Shown: positions 40,403 to 49,917 of the stretch, one piece after another
How the letters are laid out: every line of letters starts with the position of its first letter
Position numbering within the stretch: the first letter of the stretch is position 1
Program-made: the position numbers and the translations under genes
The notes under the pieces: model-generated
Database searches by the model: none
The model's input: the letters and a program-made list of their open reading frames with translations, nothing else
What the model was told of the DNA's origin: nothing
NCBI GenBank assembly: GCA_050015395.1
Contig: JBEKBM010000001.1
Coordinates: 96,001 to 160,000, forward strand
Length of the DNA stretch: 64,000 nucleotides
Direction: 5' to 3'
From: Candidatus Bathyarchaeia archaeon
GTDB lineage: Archaea; Thermoproteota; Bathyarchaeia; Bathyarchaeales; Bathycorpusculaceae

Positions 40403-41308
40403 CTATGCTTTTAGCATCTTTTCCCATCGGTTGAAGAGTTCTAGGACTTCGTCGCCGCCGTGACCTTTGAGGAATTCTCGTGTTTCTTTGTCTGCGACCG
40501 CGTTCTTTTGGAACTCTTGTATCCATTGGGCTTTTTCTGCTAGGAAGATTATGCCGTCTATGCCTGTTCTTGCTGCGCGTGTGGCTACTGTCATTATTTG
40601 TTTAGTTGGTGCCACGGTGTCCCAAGTCTCGTTTGGACCTCGGACGTAGAAGTTTACGAACACTGGCTTCTTTAGGAAGCTTTTGTAGCCTCTTGCGATG
40701 GTTTCCCAGTACCATGGGGTTGGATAAGCCTTGCTGAACATGGGTATAACGAAGTAGTCAGCGTATTCTGCCATGGCTTCGAAGTCGTAGCCGAAGCGTG
40801 CTTTGCCAAGCAACGGGTCAGGCAGGCAATTAACGAATAAGGGCTTGTTTTTGACGACGTCTCGGACTTCTTTGAGGAATTCTGTTACGGTTTTTGCTCT
40901 CCAATCCACCCAGTTCAAGCCGCTTTGGCGCCACTGTTCAACGCATCGTGGGCAGACGCAGAAGTCGCGTTCAGCAAAGTGTTGGCTGCTGATGCTTATT
41001 CCCGGCGTGGTTTTGGCGCAGTCAGCGATTAGTTTAAGGTTGTACTCTCGAACCTCAGGGTTAGTCATGCATAGAACATCCCAGCGCAAATTGTACTTCT
41101 TGTTCGTGCGGAGAGCAGGACCATCCTTAGAGATTGATATCAATTCGGGACGCTTCGCTGCTAAGGCGTTATCGCCAAAGCATGCGATGTTAGTGTACAT
41201 TTTAGGGTTTGGTTTCCCCACGGTTCCTGATTCTGGTTTAATGCGGTAGAAGTTATAATCGACGCCTTCAACAGGTTCAGGTTGGTAAAGAAATACGCCG
41301 AATTTCAA
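40403..41308 (-). CDS. Uncharacterised glycoside-hydrolase-like (probable TIM-barrel) protein with a Cys cluster, paralog A
   Basis: CMTNP, FCVCPRC, DWRA and PDP...RFGYD. Aligns along its length with 42913-43797. Confidence 0.7.
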   Translation of the reverse strand: MKFGVFLYQPEPVEGVDYNFYRIKPESGTVGKPNPKMYTNIACFGDNALAAKRPELISISKDGPALRTNKKYNLRWDVLCMTNPEVREYNLKLIADCAKTTPGISISSQHFAERDFCVCPRCVEQWRQSGLNWVDWRAKTVTEFLKEVRDVVKNKPLFVNCLPDPLLGKARFGYDFEAMAEYADYFVIPMFSKAYPTPWYWETIARGYKSFLKKPVFVNFYVRGPNETWDTVAPTKQIMTVATRAARTGIDGIIFLAEKAQWIQEFQKNAVADKETREFLKGHGGDEVLELFNRWEKMLKA

Positions 41309-41452
41309 GTTTGATACACCATTCTAACATTTGTTTTATAACCGAATAAAAGTGCAAGTTATTTAAGTCTTTTCAGTTAGCCGCCATACCGGCAGGTTTT
41401 TTTAAAGATTGAGAAATCCTCAGCTACGCGGTCGCCCAAATCTGCTTCTGCG

Positions 41453-41485
41453 AAGTGTATATCAAAGTGTATATCAAACTGTATA
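41453..41485. repeat. 12-bp tandem repeat AAGTGTATATCA, about 2.7 copies
   Basis: Exact copies at 41453 and 41465, partial aactgtata at 41477. Confidence 0.7.
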
Positions 41486-41567
41486 AGCTTTCAGACCACG
41501 GTCAATAGGTAGTCTACACACGTATATGTCGACCACCGAGAAAACTTCAGAACTCCTGCATCTACTG

Positions 41568-42614
41568 TTAATCCTTAGAAAACGCTTCTTTCACAATTTT
41601 GATCAATGCATGCTTAAGAAAAGGCGGCAGATCAACCGAATCATAACCTGGCACTTTAGAGCAATCCAACTGGGAGCGGGCAAGGTTGCCAAAGCATTTA
41701 CTTAACTCAACTGCATCCCCAAGCTCGGCAGGGAACAGGTTCTTTTTAAAGTCATCATCTAGCTTCGCCGCGGCTAACAAATAAGCACTAGCAAGAGGCT
41801 TATTTTTTAAAATCTCAGCCAAAGCCTTCTCATCGACAGCTATACCTTTGACTTTGGATAGTTCAGCAGCTAGTTTCTCCAGCGGAAGATGCCTTTCTTT
41901 AAGTCTATCTAAAACGGTTCGGCATGCCCAAATTGGCTCTTGCTTGATTAGGGCTTCACTAACGGCGTTCCTTGTGCAATACCCGACCAACTTGCCGAGT
42001 TTTGATGCTGGACCGCCATAACTGATTGTTTTGCCTTGGCTTGTTGAGGCTATGGTTACGCTGTCAGTTATTGAGCCTGTAGCTGAGTCACCAGTGTACC
42101 TGCTTCGGACGTCAAAATCCCTCAGCGCTGCCGTCTTCGCTTCCGTGGCGGTAATTAGCGAAGCGACCATGCAGCTTTCCGTTGGGTTCCCGTCGATTAA
42201 GACGATAATGTTAATGGTGCCTACGATTTCTTGAACATCCATCTCTTCGCCTGAAGATTCACCGTGCGAGCAGCCTGCGGTAGCGGCAACGCTGACTGAA
42301 AAATCACCCGTTTTCTTGGATACTAAACTGTAGTTAGTAATTTTTGCAGCGGTGACCATGGCAAGATAATCTTTGGTTAATCCAAGCTTCGCCGCCGATG
42401 AAGTGATAAGTTCCAGCGGGTCAAGGTGCAAGGAACGGTCATTATACCCTTCCGGCACGCCTACATTGAGGACAGCTTTAACCTGTTTGCTCCCGCCATT
42501 ATAAATTGCTGAACTTATAGTCATTAAAGCTTTATCCGAAAATACGGCTAGCACATTGTCTTTGATGATTAATTTAGCGCTGTCTGCAAGGTTAAACTGT
42601 TCCATGCCAGCCAC
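41568..42614 (-). CDS. cbiZ: Adenosylcobinamide amidohydrolase CbiZ with a C-terminal extension
   Basis: Motifs SSAIYNGG, VTAA, ATAG, GTINIIV, TATEAK and ATGSITD. Confidence 0.88.
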   Translation of the reverse strand: MAGMEQFNLADSAKLIIKDNVLAVFSDKALMTISSAIYNGGSKQVKAVLNVGVPEGYNDRSLHLDPLELITSSAAKLGLTKDYLAMVTAAKITNYSLVSKKTGDFSVSVAATAGCSHGESSGEEMDVQEIVGTINIIVLIDGNPTESCMVASLITATEAKTAALRDFDVRSRYTGDSATGSITDSVTIASTSQGKTISYGGPASKLGKLVGYCTRNAVSEALIKQEPIWACRTVLDRLKERHLPLEKLAAELSKVKGIAVDEKALAEILKNKPLASAYLLAAAKLDDDFKKNLFPAELGDAVELSKCFGNLARSQLDCSKVPGYDSVDLPPFLKHALIKIVKEAFSKD

Positions 42615-42623
42615 CCCTCGTAA

Positions 42624-42863
42624 TTATTTTACTTTTGAGGGTTTACTAGGATTTATAGTAATGGCTTTTGATGGGCACAGGTTTACGCAGACGCCACATC
42701 GAGTGCATGACACAACATCAATCGCTTGTGGTTTTTTGTTTTTGCCCTCCTCTAAAACGCCCTGCGGACAAACGCCGACACAGATAAGCCCTGCGCAGGG
42801 AGTACATTTAGCGGTATCAATGATAATAAAGGATTTATGCTGCTTGCTCATGCGAATCAACAA
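42624..42863 (-). CDS. 2x[4Fe-4S] ferredoxin
   Basis: CTPCAGLICVGVCP and CTRCGVCVNLCP. The start may be the Met at 42851. Confidence 0.9.
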   Translation of the reverse strand: MLIRMSKQHKSFIIIDTAKCTPCAGLICVGVCPQGVLEEGKNKKPQAIDVVSCTRCGVCVNLCPSKAITINPSKPSKVK

Positions 42864-42912
42864 TTAAATAAGCGCCAAGAATATATTGTTTGCGCGCATC
42901 TGGTAAGAGAAT

Positions 42913-43797
42913 ATGAAAGTAGGCTTAGTCACCTATACCCCGGAAAAAGTCGAGGGCTTTGATCTTCACGTTTACTATTCAAAATGGGCAGATGGACAAG
43001 TTTTCCCAACAGCAAAAGGCATGCAGAATGACGTTACAGTGTTTTGTGATGCTAAAGCTATCAGGGAAGACCCAAGCATAGTTGCTGTCTCAAACAGTGG
43101 TCCAGCGCTACGCAAAAATAGGAGATCTAATTTGGCTTTTGATTTTGTTTGCCCAACAAACCCAGGGTACAGAACCAAAGTGTTAGACTACATTGAGAGC
43201 CTAAGCAAAGAAGACAGTATGGGCGTAACCTTGAACCTATACCACTTTCCTGACCAAGAATTCTGCGTATGCCCTAGATGCGTCGAGTTGTGGAAGCAGA
43301 GCGGCTTAAACTGGACTCAATGGAGAGCACAAACAACAACGAAATTTGTTCAAGAAGCCAGAGCACGAGTGAAGCAGACTTTTGCGGTTGAAATTTATCC
43401 TGACCCAGTGCTTGCTAAAGAAAGATTCGGCTTAGACTTAAATGCGATAGCTGAATGTGTTGATTATTTCCATGTGCCGCTTTCGTCGAGAGATTATTTG
43501 ACTATGTACTGGGTTGACATGCTGGCAAGAGATTTTGCCGCGTCATTGAAGAAGCCTGTTGTTTTAGAATTAAGCGCCGAAATGCCAACCGACGAGAAAA
43601 TGGATGCGCTACTGAAAACGGTGGCTTACGTTTCAAGGCACAAGCTAGATGCAGTGCTACTTTTAGTACATGACTCAGAGAATGCTAAACAGATCTGCAG
43701 GTTTGCTGTTCAAAACATTGACTTCCGAAATTGGCTTGAAAAATACAATTTTAATGAAATGAGCCGAATCGTCGATGATTGGGCTAAGATTTACTGA
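42913..43797 (+). CDS. Uncharacterised glycoside-hydrolase-like protein with a Cys cluster, paralog B
   Basis: CPTNP, FCVCPRC, QWRA and YPDP...RFGLD. Confidence 0.7.
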   Translation: MKVGLVTYTPEKVEGFDLHVYYSKWADGQVFPTAKGMQNDVTVFCDAKAIREDPSIVAVSNSGPALRKNRRSNLAFDFVCPTNPGYRTKVLDYIESLSKEDSMGVTLNLYHFPDQEFCVCPRCVELWKQSGLNWTQWRAQTTTKFVQEARARVKQTFAVEIYPDPVLAKERFGLDLNAIAECVDYFHVPLSSRDYLTMYWVDMLARDFAASLKKPVVLELSAEMPTDEKMDALLKTVAYVSRHKLDAVLLLVHDSENAKQICRFAVQNIDFRNWLEKYNFNEMSRIVDDWAKIY

Positions 43798-44536
43798 GCT
43801 TTCTACGGTATTCTCTGAGCCGTCGCATGTCAAGATCCCGGGTTAATATGGAATCTTCAGGTGCGTCGGAGACTTCGCCAAGCATGCCCCATGGAGCAAC
43901 AATTGCGCTTCTTCCACCCCTCATGCTTGAGCACACGTTTCCAACTTTAAGCACAAACAAGCCATTGTCAGTGGAAACCTTCTCGGTTAAGGGGTGGCCT
44001 TTAACGCTTGGATGAGTGCCCATCGATGCAACGGGGAGAGAAATTATTTCAGCCCCTAAATTAGCAGTTTGTTTTACAAGGTCAGCGTCAAACATGTCAG
44101 CACAAACCAAAAGCCCGATTTTACCAATTTCTGTGTTAACGACAACGGGTTTTGCGCCTTTGGCGACGCCAGCTTTAATTTCAGCTTGAATAGGGTTTAT
44201 CTTTTTGTATTTGGCTAAAAGAGAACCGTTTTTCCACAAAGTGCTCGTATTGTAATATTTTCCGCTGTCTTCCTCAAGCACTGAACCGCCCAACAGGTAA
44301 ATATTAGGTATTTCTTTAGAAATTTCAGCCAGAAAATCTAGCGTTTCTTTGCAGGTTTCCTTCGAAACACTTGATGCATCGGTGAAGTCTGCCATGCAGT
44401 TTGGAACTGTGAAATATTCTGGGAGAGCGATTAGGACTGGTTTTTGCTTAGCGGCTTTTTGGATTGCTATTTTGGCTGCTGTTATATTACCTTGTAGTGA
44501 GTCGCGTATTTTCATGTGGAGTAGGCTTGTTTTCAA
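43784..44536 (-). CDS. Carbon-nitrogen hydrolase (nitrilase/omega-amidase family)
   Basis: E-K-C triad in ALPEY, YKKIN and LVCAD. Also GRSAIVAPWG. Confidence 0.9.
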   Translation of the reverse strand: MKTSLLHMKIRDSLQGNITAAKIAIQKAAKQKPVLIALPEYFTVPNCMADFTDASSVSKETCKETLDFLAEISKEIPNIYLLGGSVLEEDSGKYYNTSTLWKNGSLLAKYKKINPIQAEIKAGVAKGAKPVVVNTEIGKIGLLVCADMFDADLVKQTANLGAEIISLPVASMGTHPSVKGHPLTEKVSTDNGLFVLKVGNVCSSMRGGRSAIVAPWGMLGEVSDAPEDSILTRDLDMRRLREYRRKLSKS

Positions 44537-44757
44537 GGGATGAATCCTCCGAATGATTGTGTTATTGAGTTTCAGCTTTTAAGACTTTTAAATGTGGTGT
44601 TTTGATGCAGGCAGATTTTTGTGTAGTTGAAAATCTCGTCTGTTCAGTATTTTGCTCAGTTTCCTCACAGATGTTTATTATTTTTTTGCTTTTGTTTGCA
44701 TATGGAGAAACCTTAAATAGTGGATGGATGAAAAACAATGTATTACGAGGGAAAGAA

Positions 44758-45738
44758 ATGGCGCTAGACCCATCAGAATACAACAAACTTTTACCAGAAG
44801 TTAGAACTTTAGTAAGCAAAGTTGTTAAGAAAAATATGGCTGACGGCTTCTTGTTTTCAGCTGGAACAGACACTCAAATAATTGCTTATGAAGCAGTGAA
44901 GTACAAACCTGACATTCCATGCCTCACTTTAGCTTTTAAGCATGGAAACCCAAAAGACGCCGAATACGTAAAGAAAATGGTTGCTCTCCTAAAGCTAAAG
45001 CAGGAAACGTACGAGTTCGGCAAAGAAGATGTACTCAAATATTACCCGAAAGTTGTGGAAGCACTCAAAAAATTTGACCCCATGGAAATCAGAAACAGCC
45101 TACCCGTCTACATTGGCTTAACCATCTTTAAAGCTAAGGGAATAAAAAGCGTATTCACAGGCGACTCATTAGACGAGCTTTTCGGGTACCCATGGCAATT
45201 CCACCTAACTGAAGCGGAATTCGCAAAGAAGCAGGAAGAAATGTGGGCAGAAATGGGCTTCTCATCGCTCCCCATGGCCGCGTCTCTTGGAGAGACCATA
45301 TGCGCACCTTACATGGATCCATTGTTCATGAATTGGGCAAAGAAACTACCCATCAAATTCAAGATAAACATGTACAACGGAGTAAAATACAGCAAATGGA
45401 TACTTCGCAAAGCCTACGAAGATGTAATACCCAAAGACGTCATTTGGAGAACAAAAGCACCGCTTGAACAGGGAACAGGAACAGAAACTCTCAGAACATA
45501 CTTCAACGACATGATTTCTGACAAGGATTTTGAAGCGAAAAAGAAGTCAATTAAAGAAAAAGACGACGTCGAAATCCCAGACAAAGAACAATTACTCTAC
45601 TACGAGCACTTCCGCAAGAAATTCGGCAAACCAAAAGACGTCTTTCCAGATAACGGTGGAATACAGTGTCCAAAATGCAAAAGCTACATTAAAACAAAAA
45701 TCCAGTTCTGCAAGGTTTGCGGAGCTTACCCAATCTAA
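44758..45738 (+). CDS. Asparagine-synthase C-terminal (ATP-pyrophosphatase) domain protein with a Zn ribbon and no glutaminase domain
   Basis: Start reassigned to MALDP. Motifs FSAGTDT, GDSLDELFGY, KWILRKAY and CPKC...CKVC. Confidence 0.8.
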   Translation: MALDPSEYNKLLPEVRTLVSKVVKKNMADGFLFSAGTDTQIIAYEAVKYKPDIPCLTLAFKHGNPKDAEYVKKMVALLKLKQETYEFGKEDVLKYYPKVVEALKKFDPMEIRNSLPVYIGLTIFKAKGIKSVFTGDSLDELFGYPWQFHLTEAEFAKKQEEMWAEMGFSSLPMAASLGETICAPYMDPLFMNWAKKLPIKFKINMYNGVKYSKWILRKAYEDVIPKDVIWRTKAPLEQGTGTETLRTYFNDMISDKDFEAKKKSIKEKDDVEIPDKEQLLYYEHFRKKFGKPKDVFPDNGGIQCPKCKSYIKTKIQFCKVCGAYPI

Positions 45739-45847
45739 AACTCCCTTTTTATTATTTTGTATTCCCGTGATTATCTCGGTATTTTTTGGGAAAGACTTAA
45801 TTCCTTATTGTAGTATTTGTTTGGAAAATAACGAGAGGGCACAATAG

Positions 45848-46912
45848 TTGGCTAGTCTATCACAATTAAAGTGGGCAATGGCGACTTCTATTTTCTTAGC
45901 CGCGTTCATATTTGGTCTTCTCGTGTTTGCAATTGTTTTCTTCTTACAATTAGGTGTTTTTGCCGGTTTAGTTGTCGCCGTAGGCGGCACAGCACTCTTC
46001 ATACTCTTTGAGTACGCAATAGGTCCATTTATGGTTAAAGCCTCAACAAAACTGCATTACCTAAAGCCCGGCGAGAACCCCTGGCTTGAAAAAACAGTTA
46101 AAGAATTAGCGGACAAAAGCGGTTTACCAATGCCCAAGTTAGCTGTAGTTCCAAATAATACGCCGAACGCGTTTACTTTTGGCAGATCCCAAAGCAGCGC
46201 CACTTTAGCGGTGCATGACGGGCTTTTGAGGAGTTTGAAGGAAGATGAAATTAAAGGCGTAATAGCTCACGAGTTAGGTCACATTAAACATAAAGATTAT
46301 ATTGTAATGACTGTTCTTTCCGCGCTGCCGTTAATTGCATACTTAATTGCAGAGGTTGCGTTGATAACAGGCGCGTTTAGCGGCGGCGGAGGAGGAGGCT
46401 CGGGAAGAGGAGGAAAAAACCAAGGCAATTCAGGTGCAATATTAATCATAATCGGGATAATCTCGTTTATAGTTTATATATTAACATTCTTGATTGTTAT
46501 GAGGCTTAGTCGACTCCGCGAACATTTTGCTGATTCATACTCCGCTTACGTAACAGGTTCGCCTAGAGAATTGGAAAGTGCCTTGGCAAAAATCACTTAT
46601 GGCTTATCCATCTCGCCCAAGCCACCGGAAGGAGCCAGAGCGTTCTATATTGCAGACCCAGCAACGGCGAAACAGGAAGTTAAGGAAATCATGGATAAAA
46701 AAGACCAGTACGACTTAGACAAAGATGGCGTTTTGGATGAGCGTGAGTTGGAATTAGCGATGGAGAGAGAATCCAAAAGTACATGGCACCAAATAAACAG
46801 CTTGTTTTCCACTCACCCTCCGACGTTTAAGCGCATTTTGCTTTTGCGAGAAATCGAACAGGAAATGGACACAGGAAAATACACCAGCGACAAAATGTAC
46901 ACACACGTCTAA
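45848..46912 (+). CDS. htpX: M48 zinc metalloprotease HtpX
   Basis: Motifs PNAF, AHELGH, SRLREHFAD and STHPP. EF-hand-like DLDKDGVLDERE insert. Confidence 0.92.
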   Translation: MASLSQLKWAMATSIFLAAFIFGLLVFAIVFFLQLGVFAGLVVAVGGTALFILFEYAIGPFMVKASTKLHYLKPGENPWLEKTVKELADKSGLPMPKLAVVPNNTPNAFTFGRSQSSATLAVHDGLLRSLKEDEIKGVIAHELGHIKHKDYIVMTVLSALPLIAYLIAEVALITGAFSGGGGGGSGRGGKNQGNSGAILIIIGIISFIVYILTFLIVMRLSRLREHFADSYSAYVTGSPRELESALAKITYGLSISPKPPEGARAFYIADPATAKQEVKEIMDKKDQYDLDKDGVLDERELELAMERESKSTWHQINSLFSTHPPTFKRILLLREIEQEMDTGKYTSDKMYTHV

Positions 46913-47008
46913 GAATCACGATTTTTAGGTTAAAAGTATTCAAACCTATGCGAAGACTAATATCTCTGCAAAAGCGATTTACTATAAAACTTCCCTGAGA
47001 GAATATAA

Positions 47009-47212
47009 ATGAATTACTGTCCTGAATGCGGCGGAGAAATGCAGTACCTTATAGCCACCAAACACTACATCTGCAAAAGCTGCGGGTTATCAGTGACACA
47101 GCAAGAACTCATGGAACTGCGTGAAAAGAACAGGCCAAACGAAGAAACAGCGGAAGAAGAGAAAGAAAACCGCAGAAAAGAATACCTCAAATGGTGGCTT
47201 AGCAAGAAATAA
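47009..47212 (+). CDS. Small zinc-ribbon protein
   Basis: CPECGG...CKSCG followed by a charged helix. Confidence 0.8.
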   Translation: MNYCPECGGEMQYLIATKHYICKSCGLSVTQQELMELREKNRPNEETAEEEKENRRKEYLKWWLSKK

Positions 47213-47292
47213 AACTGGCATAGCCAAGCATTATACACGTTTAGTTAGCAAACACTATAAAACATATTTTTCTAATTACTTGGACCTATCGA

Positions 47293-48120
47293 GTGAAGGC
47301 TATGACTGTAGACATGGAAATAATTTGCGCAGGCAACGAGTTACTAATAGGCAAGATACTTAATACAAACGCTCATTGGCTCGGTAAACAGGCAACAAAT
47401 CTTGGAGCCAACGTTAAGCGAATAACAGTAGTACAGGATATTGTTGATGAAATCGCCAAGGTTATTTGCGAAGCCATTGAGCGAAAGCCACAGTTCATAA
47501 TTACTACTGGCGGGTTAGGGCCGACTTTTGACGATAAAACGTTAGAGGGCATAGCAAAAGCACTAAACCGCAAATTGGAAATCAACCAGAAAGCGTTAGC
47601 AATGGTTAAGGAAAAATGCGAAGAATACGCCAGAAAAAGGCAGCTCTCAACAATAATTGAATTAACACCGCCAAGAGTCAAAATGGCAACCCTACCAGAA
47701 AAAACAGAACCAATCAACAACCCAATCGGCACTGCACCAGGAGTACACATAGATTTGGAAGGGACTGTTCTGTTTGCCCTGCCAGGTGTGCCTTCAGAGA
47801 TGGAAGCGATTTTTACGGAAACTATAGCGCCTATGCTTAAACAAGCTGTGGGTGACAGGGTTTTTTGTGAAAAAAGCATGTTTCTGGATAACATAATGGA
47901 ATCGCATTTGGCGCCATTAATCGACAAAGTCATGAGTGCCAATAAGGGGGTTTATATAAAGTCTCATCCGATGGGTGTAGAAAATAAGCCGCATATCGAA
48001 ATTCACTTAACAGTTGCAGCCAAAGCCAAAGAAAGACCAATGGAAATGCTTGAGAAAGCCATGAGGCAACTTTCAATTTTGGTTGAGGAGAATGGTGGAA
48101 AAGCCATCGTCGAACAGTAA
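47293..48120 (+). CDS. CinA N-terminal-like (molybdopterin-binding fold) protein
   Basis: Motifs GNELLIGKILNTN, TGGLGPTFDDKT, NPIGTAPG and LPGVPSEM. The start may be a few codons downstream. Confidence 0.88.
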   Translation: MKAMTVDMEIICAGNELLIGKILNTNAHWLGKQATNLGANVKRITVVQDIVDEIAKVICEAIERKPQFIITTGGLGPTFDDKTLEGIAKALNRKLEINQKALAMVKEKCEEYARKRQLSTIIELTPPRVKMATLPEKTEPINNPIGTAPGVHIDLEGTVLFALPGVPSEMEAIFTETIAPMLKQAVGDRVFCEKSMFLDNIMESHLAPLIDKVMSANKGVYIKSHPMGVENKPHIEIHLTVAAKAKERPMEMLEKAMRQLSILVEENGGKAIVEQ

Positions 48121-48576
48121 CTATCAATGGCATGACTAAGTCCTTTTCCTCAAGAAACAGCCTACATGCATGTTGTAGGCGCATCAAAATATTCTTATTT
48201 TTTGCTTCATTAGAATTTTGAATAAGTTCTTGGCGATAATTGTAGTTTAACATTAGGAAAGCTTGAGGTTATGGGTTGATTCTCATGTTAGTTTTCAGCA
48301 GTGAAAATTTTAGGTCTAATCTACACAATAAGCAGGTGTTCTAGCGTTATTGTGCAGTTCGGAAACAAATTTTTCAGCGTGCAGGCAGAAGGGTCGGGTA
48401 AATTTTGCTAGCGGAAATTAGTAGCTAAATTGGGAGGGAGGAGGATAGTATTTGTTAGTGAATTTCTCCATCAAATACGAGGGGATAACTTTCGGTTAGA
48501 TAGATTCTCAAATAGTGTAATATGCTGATAACTGATAATGGAAGTATGAAAAAAATGAAAGTTAAAATGGGAGAGT

Positions 48577-49755
48577 TTATGCTTTTTTGGCTTTTTCTAG
48601 TTCTTTGCGAAGCACTTCTGCCATGTCGGTCTGTTCCCAGGTGAATTCTGGTTCTTCTCTTCCGAAGTGGCCGAACACCGCTGTTTTCTTGTATATTGGT
48701 CTTAGCAAGTTTAGTTGGTCAATGATTGCTTTAGGCCTCATGTCGAAATGCTTCTTCACTAACTCGAGAATTTGCTCATCCGGCAGTTTCCCAGTTTCAT
48801 AAGTATTCACCAACACAGAGATTGGTTGCGCAACACCGATAGCGTAGGAAATTTGGATTTCACATTGGTCTGCCAACCCAGCGGCGACAATGTTTTTGGC
48901 GATGTATCTTGCCATGTAACAGCCTGAACGGTCAACTTTTGATGGGTCTTTACCGCTGAAGCATCCGCCACCGTGGCTTCCAACTCCGCCGTAAGTGTCA
49001 ACGATGATTTTTCTGCCAGTTAATCCTGAATCTGCAAGTGTTCCGCCGATTACGAATCTGCCTGTGCCGTTAATGACGTATTTTATGTCTTCAGCTATCA
49101 TATTGGCAGGTATGACATTCTTGATTACTTTTTCAATAATATCTTTCTTTAAGGTTGCATCGTCGACTGTTCCGTTGTTTTGAGCAGCAATAACAACAGC
49201 TTTAACGCATTTTGGTTTGTAACCGTCATATTCCACTGTAACCTGAGACTTGCAGTCAGGACGCAGATAAGGCATAATTTTGGTTTTTCTGCATTCAGCT
49301 AAGCGTTTAACAAGTTTATGCGCCAGCATGATCGGCAAAGGCATAAGCTCCTTTGTCTCGCTGGTTGCGTAGCCGAAAACCATTCCTTGGTCACCAGCGC
49401 CCTGCTCGTGTCCTTTGGATTCGGTTACACCCATAGAAATGTCTGGAGACTGCGCAGTTAATGAAACCAAGATGCCGCATGTTTCCCAGTCTAAGCCATC
49501 CTTAGCATTGTCGAACCCTATTTCTTTTAAGGTCTGGCGGACAATTTTTGGGATATCAATATAGGTGCAAGTGGTTATTTGACCCGTAATCATTACGGTT
49601 CCCTGCATTACTAGGGTTTCGCAGTCAACGCGTGCTTTGGGGTCGTTGCAGAATATTGCGTCTAAAACGCTGTCGGATATTTGGTCTGCCACCTTGTCTG
49701 GGTGACCTTCTCCAACTGACTCAGAGGTGAACAAGTATTTTCCGTTTTTTTTCAT
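48577..49755 (-). CDS. metK: S-adenosylmethionine synthetase, bacterial/eukaryotic type
   Basis: Start reassigned to [21 protein letters not shown]. Motifs [20 protein letters not shown] and GGGCFSGKD. Confidence 0.96.
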   Translation of the reverse strand: MKKNGKYLFTSESVGEGHPDKVADQISDSVLDAIFCNDPKARVDCETLVMQGTVMITGQITTCTYIDIPKIVRQTLKEIGFDNAKDGLDWETCGILVSLTAQSPDISMGVTESKGHEQGAGDQGMVFGYATSETKELMPLPIMLAHKLVKRLAECRKTKIMPYLRPDCKSQVTVEYDGYKPKCVKAVVIAAQNNGTVDDATLKKDIIEKVIKNVIPANMIAEDIKYVINGTGRFVIGGTLADSGLTGRKIIVDTYGGVGSHGGGCFSGKDPSKVDRSGCYMARYIAKNIVAAGLADQCEIQISYAIGVAQPISVLVNTYETGKLPDEQILELVKKHFDMRPKAIIDQLNLLRPIYKKTAVFGHFGREEPEFTWEQTDMAEVLRKELEKAKKA

Positions 49756-49917
49756 GGGAATCTTTCCGTTCAGGTTGCAATAAGGACATAAGTAACTTTG
49801 CGTTTTTCTTAAAAGGTTTTCTGTTAAAAATATTCCGCTAAGAAATATCAATAGGCATATACCTTCTTGCAAAAATGATTTTAACCCCCAAACAACACAG
49901 ACAGAAAGATGAATGAC

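Noticed and set aside
35250-42863. hgcAB mercury-methylation pair (corrinoid protein plus ferredoxin)
   Set aside because: No N(V/I)WCA(A/G)GK cap-helix motif or TM domain, the ferredoxin lacks the C-terminal Cys pair, and the genes are 7 kb apart.
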